A DNA stretch of 64,000 nt from positions 7,631 through 71,630 of the IMG/VR virus record IMGVR_UViG_3300008459_000031; one strand, written 5' to 3'. Origin of the DNA: a virus. The notes under the pieces are model-generated. The model ran no database searches, was not told where the DNA came from, and was given only the letters and a program-made list of their open reading frames with translations. Positions 58,652 to 64,000 of the stretch are shown piece by piece (the stretch's first letter is position 1; every line of letters begins with the position of its first letter). The position numbers and the translations under genes were made by a program.

Positions 58652-60619
58652 CTAACTATAAACCTTGTCAAACCAGTCATTTGTGGAATTGTCTGAGTCG
58701 TCTAGTTTTAACTCTTTATTGTACAATTCTCTAGTGTGGTACATCCCAATCATTAAAGCCATAGCCCGGTCAAAGTTTCCATTTCTGTTAAACTTAATTA
58801 ACTCTAACAATAATGCTGGGTCATAAATTTTATGCAAGTTCAAAGTTACAACTTCTTCTTCATCTACTCCTCTACCACTAACTAACCAGTCTCTGATGTA
58901 TAATTCTCCTTGAGCTTTACGTTGCTCAGTCATGTGCATACCGTACTGTCTTTTTACAGTCTTACTCCTAAGTTCACGTTTATCCAGCATTTCAAACTCT
59001 TCTTGCAGTAAATGCATCTTCCTAAATCGTTTTGCATACGGAATTACTTCTCCTCTATCGTTCTCAAAGCCTATCTTTGCATTGTAGTATTCTGCAAGCA
59101 TGAAGAGATTACGGTTGTATTCATCCTGTGATTGTGGACGACCTACATAAGAGGCCACAATAATATCATCTGGTTTAGAGATATTGTTAGGGACTTTTAT
59201 AACATATGCAGCACCAAGAGAACTTGCAGAGGCTGATTTACCTTGAGCATAAGGGTCATGACATATTATGTACAGATTCTTCGGGGTAAATCCTTCTTTC
59301 TCAGTTTTGAATGGTGGTTCATATACAACAACACAACCAGTTAAATCGTCGTCCTTTCTATGTGGAAATTTTGTAATAGGTTTAAGATTGCCATTAGGCC
59401 TGAAGTTAGTTTTGCCGTTGGTGTCATAATACATCTCACCACAAACTCCTATACTTTGGAGATTGTTGGCAATTACTTTATTGTACTGCTCTTTCAAAGA
59501 AGCTACATCAAATACGTTGGCCGTTACTTGGAGAGTAGCCTCTTGTGGAGTAAAGGGGTGTTCAGCAATATATTGATCGAAAGCTTTTGGGTCATTACCT
59601 TTTTTCTTTTTTTCTCTTTGAGTTTCCTCATAGGCCATAGCTTCGTTTACGAGACTATTACCGTTTTCATCTATAAAGCCATCCAAGTTTTTATAGATTG
59701 GTACAAAGAATCCACAGTAAGTTCCCATAGCACCTGCATCCCAATCGTTTTCAAATCCTAAACAGTCGTAAGCTTCTGGGTGATAGAATAGTTCTTCCAT
59801 ACCGTCAAACCCAACTCCTTCTTCTCCACCTGTACCAAATGCTATCATTGTTCCAAGTGTTTTAGAACCTTGTCTCATTGTAGGCATTGCTACCTCCCAA
59901 GCTTTTAATAATCCTGAGAAAGATCCTGCCTCTTCGAAGAAGATTAACTCTCCTGCTTTACCACGGATTTTATCTGGGTCATCTTTTAAGCTGACACCAA
60001 TAATCTGAGACTTAAATCCAAGAGTTACATCGGCCCCATTTACATTCTTTTTGTATCCAGATTGCTTGTGCATTTCTCTATCGATAAGACGTGGTTGAGT
60101 CCAAGCTGTATTATCATCTACAAATGAGACAATATCCCAAGCTTTTGATAACATACCATCTCCAACTAAGTATTGCTTATCAGATGCAAATACAAAGTTT
60201 TTAGAATTCCTAATATGAAAGTAATTTCTACATAGCATAGCTGCAGCTTTGTAAGAAAACCCTTTACGTCTAGCTTTTAAGACTATCATATGTTTGTTCT
60301 CTCTTCTAGCTTTATCTATTGCTAAGAAGTATTCATAGTCCCCATCGTAAAATGCAGGGAAGCTTCTATCACGACGAGAGATTATCTCCCCGTCAGGTTG
60401 TTCTTCATCTATAATCCTATCTATCGGACAATAGTTTAGATAGAAGTAATGAAAGCCAGATATTCTAACCCCATTAACTTCGTATCCATGAAGACATCTT
60501 CTCTGCTCTTCATCCCAATATTCATAGTATTGTTTAGTACCAGGTAGTGAATCAGTATAAAAACCATATTCTTTATACTGGTTTGCAGCTGGACTAAATA
60601 AATGAGTATTACTTAACAT
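58652..60619 (-). CDS. terL: terminase large subunit
   Basis: KARRKGFSY (Walker A), IFFEEAG (Walker B), FGTGG, CHDPY and FDRAMA nuclease motifs. Confidence 0.93.
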   Translation of the reverse strand: MLSNTHLFSPAANQYKEYGFYTDSLPGTKQYYEYWDEEQRRCLHGYEVNGVRISGFHYFYLNYCPIDRIIDEEQPDGEIISRRDRSFPAFYDGDYEYFLAIDKARRENKHMIVLKARRKGFSYKAAAMLCRNYFHIRNSKNFVFASDKQYLVGDGMLSKAWDIVSFVDDNTAWTQPRLIDREMHKQSGYKKNVNGADVTLGFKSQIIGVSLKDDPDKIRGKAGELIFFEEAGSFSGLLKAWEVAMPTMRQGSKTLGTMIAFGTGGEEGVGFDGMEELFYHPEAYDCLGFENDWDAGAMGTYCGFFVPIYKNLDGFIDENGNSLVNEAMAYEETQREKKKKGNDPKAFDQYIAEHPFTPQEATLQVTANVFDVASLKEQYNKVIANNLQSIGVCGEMYYDTNGKTNFRPNGNLKPITKFPHRKDDDLTGCVVVYEPPFKTEKEGFTPKNLYIICHDPYAQGKSASASSLGAAYVIKVPNNISKPDDIIVASYVGRPQSQDEYNRNLFMLAEYYNAKIGFENDRGEVIPYAKRFRKMHLLQEEFEMLDKRELRSKTVKRQYGMHMTEQRKAQGELYIRDWLVSGRGVDEEEVVTLNLHKIYDPALLLELIKFNRNGNFDRAMALMIGMYHTRELYNKELKLDDSDNSTNDWFDKVYS

Positions 60620-60851
60620 TTTCTATTTTATCTCTAACAGCTCTTAATTTCATAGGGCATTGCAATACTTTGCCTCCTGCCCATATTTCAGTCATCTCTG
60701 AACTTACAGAAGATACAGCAACAGCGTCGATATTATAAAATATCATCTCTTCTGAGTCATAGTTGTAGTCGTCCCCTATTAGCCCTAACTTTTTTAGTCT
60801 GAATGTTTCTTCATTCATTACTAGTACTGGGAGTATAATTGGTTTATTCAT
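60609..60851 (-). CDS. hypothetical protein
   Basis: Overlaps both neighbouring genes. Confidence 0.5.
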   Translation of the reverse strand: MNKPIILPVLVMNEETFRLKKLGLIGDDYNYDSEEMIFYNIDAVAVSSVSSEMTEIWAGGKVLQCPMKLRAVRDKIENVK

Positions 60852-61348
60852 TATTCACTATATTTATTTGTTTTTACACCTGCTCTGTTAGGGTTGTCCT
60901 TGGCCTGTTGCTTTTGTACGAGTTCTTCAAGTCTATCTAGTCCCTCAATTACCTCTCCAATCTTAGATAGATTAGCAACTAGGTCCTTGGCTTGATAAAG
61001 AAGCTTCCCATTTTCATCCATAGCTGTTAGGTCAATATTTTTAAAGTATTGTTCTAACTTATTTACAGCTAATCTTCCAGATTTAAGAAGTTTAATTGCA
61101 TGAGTATCAGATAGTTCCTTGTATTTATCTACTGCTGTTGCAATTTTAGGGTTTACTTTTATCTGCAAATCTTTTGATAATACTTCTCTTCTTTCATCTT
61201 CTTCATAAGCTGCATAGTTAGACCTATGATCAGTATAGAAGTAAACAAAGCTGAGTTCTTTTACAGATAACTTCTCAAATTCAGGGATAGTCAATGCATA
61301 TGGTGAAGGTATAACTACGTTATTATTTACCGTTAGCAAGTCTTTCAT
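60851..61348 (-). CDS. conserved hypothetical protein (candidate terminase small subunit)
   Basis: Helical 165-aa ORF two genes upstream of terL; candidate function from position only. Confidence 0.45.
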   Translation of the reverse strand: MKDLLTVNNNVVIPSPYALTIPEFEKLSVKELSFVYFYTDHRSNYAAYEEDERREVLSKDLQIKVNPKIATAVDKYKELSDTHAIKLLKSGRLAVNKLEQYFKNIDLTAMDENGKLLYQAKDLVANLSKIGEVIEGLDRLEELVQKQQAKDNPNRAGVKTNKYSE

Positions 61349-61559
61349 TCTTCTTTCTTTTTAGTTCGTTTATGTGAGCAATTCTAGACTTTTTTGCATG
61401 AAATTTTCCAAAATATGGTAGTCTAACTGTCTCAAAATCACCTTGTTTGATAATTCTAGCTGCATACTTGAATTGAAAGTAAACTATCTCCTCTATTTTA
61501 TTCAGAGGTAGGTTGTACTTCGTTGCTAGCTTCTGTATTATTATCTTTTCCTTTTGCAT
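61323..61559 (-). CDS. HU/IHF-like DNA-binding protein
   Basis: IIQKLATKYNL..IEEIV..QF....I..G....VRLPYFGKF. Confidence 0.7.
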   Translation of the reverse strand: MQKEKIIIQKLATKYNLPLNKIEEIVYFQFKYAARIIKQGDFETVRLPYFGKFHAKKSRIAHINELKRKKNERLANGK

Positions 61560-61827
61560 TTCGTAGGTCTATCTTTTTACCATTCTTTCCTATAATCTCT
61601 TTATCCCATCTTCTTGGGGAATCTACACAAAATGATGTAGCCCATCCAGCTTTTCTAGGCATAAAGCACCCACATAGGTTGCAGGTATTGTCTTCTGCAA
61701 GATTAGGGCACTCTAAACAGGCCTTCATTCTTTTATTGTACACAGCTTCTTCTACAATTGGCTGCCCTTCTTTTAAGAATTCAGCCGCTGCTTTAGTAAA
61801 GTTCCATGCTTTCTTAAAAATGTTCAT
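61498..61827 (-). CDS. small Cys-rich Zn-binding protein (DUF6171-like)
   Basis: RMKACLECP..CNLCGCF..KA..C...RW. Confidence 0.65.
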   Translation of the reverse strand: MNIFKKAWNFTKAAAEFLKEGQPIVEEAVYNKRMKACLECPNLAEDNTCNLCGCFMPRKAGWATSFCVDSPRRWDKEIIGKNGKKIDLRNAKGKDNNTEASNEVQPTSE

Positions 61828-62147
61828 AGATCTGTAGGTGTTATGATTATTTGTGCAGCTTCTTTATTTAAAAGTTTAGATAACTCATACCCATTCTTAG
61901 TCATTACAATAGCCCCCTTATCTTTCAGTCTTTTGACATAGTTATTAAGTGTATTGTGGTCTTTAATGTTTAAAGTTTCTGCTACTTTTCTCTTATTAGC
62001 TGGAGAGCATAGGTTTACTGTCTCTCTATTATCAATTAGAGAAGATAGAACTTGCATCTCCGTGTCCGTTAACTCTAGTATGCCGTTGAATACTTGTATG
62101 AACTTTAGAGTTGAGTCTGTGTTAATGTTAATCTTCCTCATTTTCAA
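61824..62147 (-). CDS. winged-HTH DNA-binding protein
   Basis: LTDTEMQVL..KRKVAETLNI..NTLNNYVKRLKDKGAI. Confidence 0.7.
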   Translation of the reverse strand: MKMRKININTDSTLKFIQVFNGILELTDTEMQVLSSLIDNRETVNLCSPANKRKVAETLNIKDHNTLNNYVKRLKDKGAIVMTKNGYELSKLLNKEAAQIIITPTDL

Positions 62148-62391
62148 AAGTTGTTTTATCTATAAACTTTATTTTAGCTCTTCCCCCAATTATTTCTATT
62201 TTACAAGTCTTTGAGTAGGAGTTAAATTCGTTTACATGCTCTTCAATATTTTCTCTTGTGACTAGGAATGTTAGGAATACCTCTATTTCTTTTGCAGCCT
62301 TTACAACATCTGATGCTGTTTGCTTTCCTGCAGAAGATTGATTTTTCAATAACTCATAGTCACTTAAACTAATTGTTACTGTTCCGTTCAT
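62128..62391 (-). CDS. hypothetical protein
   Basis: TAATG coupling to groES; TVTISLSDYELL N-terminus. Confidence 0.55.
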   Translation of the reverse strand: MNGTVTISLSDYELLKNQSSAGKQTASDVVKAAKEIEVFLTFLVTRENIEEHVNEFNSYSKTCKIEIIGGRAKIKFIDKTTFENEED

Positions 62392-62678
62392 TACTTAGAT
62401 GCTTTAGATACTCTACCTACTACAGCCATTGATTCATTAACCATGATGTATTCTGATCCATCGATTTCTATAATCAATCCTTCAGAAGCTGGGTGAATAT
62501 ATACAATATCCCCAACACTGTATTTACAGTCAGGACCTGCAGCTAATACTTCTAAAATGTTAGACCTTAAAGAATCTGCAGATTTTCCAGTTAAGATAAT
62601 ACCTGCATCAGTTGTTGTTTTTGTAGGGATTGGAAGAACTATCCAATCACGGCTAGGTTCGAAATTAATCTTGTTCAT
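62391..62678 (-). CDS. groES: GroES-like co-chaperonin
   Basis: FEPSRDWIVL..TTDAGIIL..EVLAAGPD...VGDIV..EYIMVNE; ATG at 62678 preferred over TTG at 62696. Confidence 0.8.
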   Translation of the reverse strand: MNKINFEPSRDWIVLPIPTKTTTDAGIILTGKSADSLRSNILEVLAAGPDCKYSVGDIVYIHPASEGLIIEIDGSEYIMVNESMAVVGRVSKASK

Positions 62679-62693
62679 TTGATTTGCTTTTTG

Positions 62694-62701
62694 CAAATGT
62701 A
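62694..62701 (-). promoter_or_regulatory. -7 promoter box TACATTTG
   Basis: TAnnTTTG 15 nt upstream of the groES ATG. Confidence 0.5.
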
Positions 62702-62730
62702 TAACAAGATCTCTTATATAACCAAATTTT

Positions 62731-63177
62731 TTATTTAATTAGAGCTAATACAGTTGTAGTAATGAATAGAGTAGTAGTAAACACAAATACCCCAGTAGAG
62801 ATTTTGTATGTAGTTAAATCTTCTTGTGTATTGGCAAGGTCAATATTTATGTTGTCTATTTCTACTTGTAATTCCCCAATCTTCTCAAGATTTGCTTTAC
62901 TTGAGTCTTGACATTTAACATATGAGTCAGTTAACGTCTTGATAGCCAAGTCTTTATCTGCTAATCTTGTCTCGTATGATTTAACATTTTGGTTAAGTAG
63001 GAATTCACTTTTCTTACAAGCATCAAATTCTACCAATGTTTTTAATAGAATCTCTTCTTGTTTACTTGTAAAAAATACCCCAGCTTGATTATTATAGTTA
63101 ATTCTTTGGGGAGTAAGTTGCCCATAGCCGATCACGTTCATCATTATCAGCAGTAGAAATACGACCAATGACTTCAT
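62731..63177 (-). CDS. spanin-like lysis protein (signal peptide, coiled coil, C-terminal TM)
   Basis: MKSLVVFLLLIMMNVIGYG|Q, coiled coil, C-terminal hydrophobic tail; overlaps the upstream gene by 80 nt. Confidence 0.5.
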   Translation of the reverse strand: MKSLVVFLLLIMMNVIGYGQLTPQRINYNNQAGVFFTSKQEEILLKTLVEFDACKKSEFLLNQNVKSYETRLADKDLAIKTLTDSYVKCQDSSKANLEKIGELQVEIDNINIDLANTQEDLTTYKISTGVFVFTTTLFITTTVLALIK

Positions 63178-63478
63178 CTCTATCTTTTTTGATTGTTATT
63201 ATTAGATTTGCATTTGCTAGTATCTTGTATTTGTTGATACTATCATTAAAGGCTAGACTGTCTATAATATGCATAGTTTTTATAGAGTCAATTTTGAGCT
63301 CATACAAATCTGATATTACTTTTAGTTTAGCATCTACTTTAGCCTTGGCTTCTTTACTTTTTTGTAATTCAGAAATCTTCCCAATTAAAAATACAGCTAA
63401 CACTCCACATACTACAAGCAGTATAGTTTGCAAAGAAGGTTTTTTATTGCTCTTGCTCATTTGGTTTTTGTTTTCCAA
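63098..63478 (-). CDS. i-spanin-like protein
   Basis: N-terminal TM (ILLVVCGVLAVFLIG) plus helical domain; follows holin. Confidence 0.55.
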   Translation of the reverse strand: MENKNQMSKSNKKPSLQTILLVVCGVLAVFLIGKISELQKSKEAKAKVDAKLKVISDLYELKIDSIKTMHIIDSLAFNDSINKYKILANANLIITIKKDRDEVIGRISTADNDERDRLWATYSPKN

Positions 63479-63689
63479 GTATTTTTGATACGTTTTCTAC
63501 AGCTGTGAATCCCATCCCTGCCCCAGACAGTAAGAGTAGCCCATCAAAAATAAACTCAGGGCAAATGTATATTGTGAATGTGCCTACATAAGCAATTACT
63601 AAGCATGTTAAAAGAGCTAGAAATGATCCAACTCTTTTATAACTTACATCACCTTCAGCAGAGAACATTGACTTTAACCATTTTTTCAT
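63444..63689 (-). CDS. holin
   Basis: 81 aa, two TM helices after SYKR; TAATG-coupled to the upstream endolysin candidate. Confidence 0.65.
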   Translation of the reverse strand: MKKWLKSMFSAEGDVSYKRVGSFLALLTCLVIAYVGTFTIYICPEFIFDGLLLLSGAGMGFTAVENVSKILGKQKPNEQEQ

Positions 63690-64000
63690 TAGAATTCTCT
63701 TAATAGGGTGTAAGTAAATGTCTTTTTACCAGAAGCTTTACAAGTTGCAATTAATGTAGCAAAATCTTTTGGATCATTAAGTACTTGACAACCTGCACTC
63801 CACTTTTCTATAAGGCTTGAGATAGCATTAGGGTTAGCACGGTGAATATTTATCCCAAATAGACCGGTATCTTCTTTACCTTGCTCTTCTGCAGTCTCGT
63901 CTTTATCATTATCTCTATAAACTGTAACAGGTTTACGTTGTACTAATGCTTCATACTGTCCTTTGTGTAATCCTAATTGGTAAGCATCAACATACTGCCC
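63689..64000 (-). CDS. putative endolysin, L,D-transpeptidase (YkuD)-like Cys peptidase, 5'-truncated by the window edge
   Basis: Not in the ORF track; my translation gives GQYVDAYQLGLHKGQYEALVQ..VYRDNDKD..GLFGINIHRA..KWSAGCQV..FTYTLLREF*. Confidence 0.7.
   Translation of the reverse strand, partial: GQYVDAYQLGLHKGQYEALVQRKPVTVYRDNDKDETAEEQGKEDTGLFGINIHRANPNAISSLIEKWSAGCQVLNDPKDFATLIATCKASGKKTFTYTLLREF

Noticed and set aside
51586-60619. Introns or inteins in MCP, portal or terminase (common in some crAss-like phages)
   Set aside because: The ORFs are uninterrupted and of ordinary length, with no intein splice motifs or homing endonuclease seen.
62679-62696. TTG start for groES (and GTG start at 43534) given in the ORF track
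   Set aside because: These codons overlap the TAnnTTTG promoter boxes; the downstream ATGs (62678, 43528) are the more plausible starts.
3294-63488. Many short antisense or nested ORFs in the track (e.g. 14597..15004, 25434..25841, 42591..43004, 59360..59761)
   Set aside because: They are shadows of long genes on the opposite strand or in another frame, with S/L/F-rich composition and no recognisable motifs.
1-64000. CRISPR array, tRNA genes, DGR, integrase or IS elements
   Set aside because: Intergenic gaps are all under about 110 nt, and I saw no repeat-spacer pattern, cloverleaf, reverse transcriptase or recombinase motifs by eye. tRNAscan-SE and a CRISPR finder would confirm.

Overview
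This window is part of a crAss-like (Crassvirales-type) podophage genome, probably infecting Bacteroidota (TAnnTTTG promoter boxes, A-rich starts without obvious Shine-Dalgarno, signal peptides ending in Gln). It uses the standard genetic code. Bases 1-11.3 kb on the + strand are a replication/repair module: AAA ATPase, SSB-like protein, primase, PD-(D/E)xK nuclease, rIIA/rIIB, 5'-3' exonuclease and uracil-DNA glycosylase. This module converges at a hairpin terminator (about 11.28 kb) with a 52-kb minus-strand late module. The late module holds a lysis cassette, GroES, HU/IHF-like proteins, terminase, portal, a ferritin-like protein, scaffold, major capsid, ring/tail proteins, cargo proteins and three giant ejection proteins, including the virion RNA polymerase. 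The main observations are: (1) the three giant proteins are almost Cys-free, yet 4 of their 6 Cys sit at the facing termini, suggesting a head-to-tail linked ejection chain; (2) three basic virion-type proteins are punctuated by recurrent xx-GG motifs that delimit shared mini-modules, suggesting a processing/packaging code; (3) an ADP-ribosyltransferase-like module is inserted in one ejection protein; (4) several late promoters are near-leaderless, and two share a 30-bp upstream element. All family calls come from motif recognition by eye; no searches were run.
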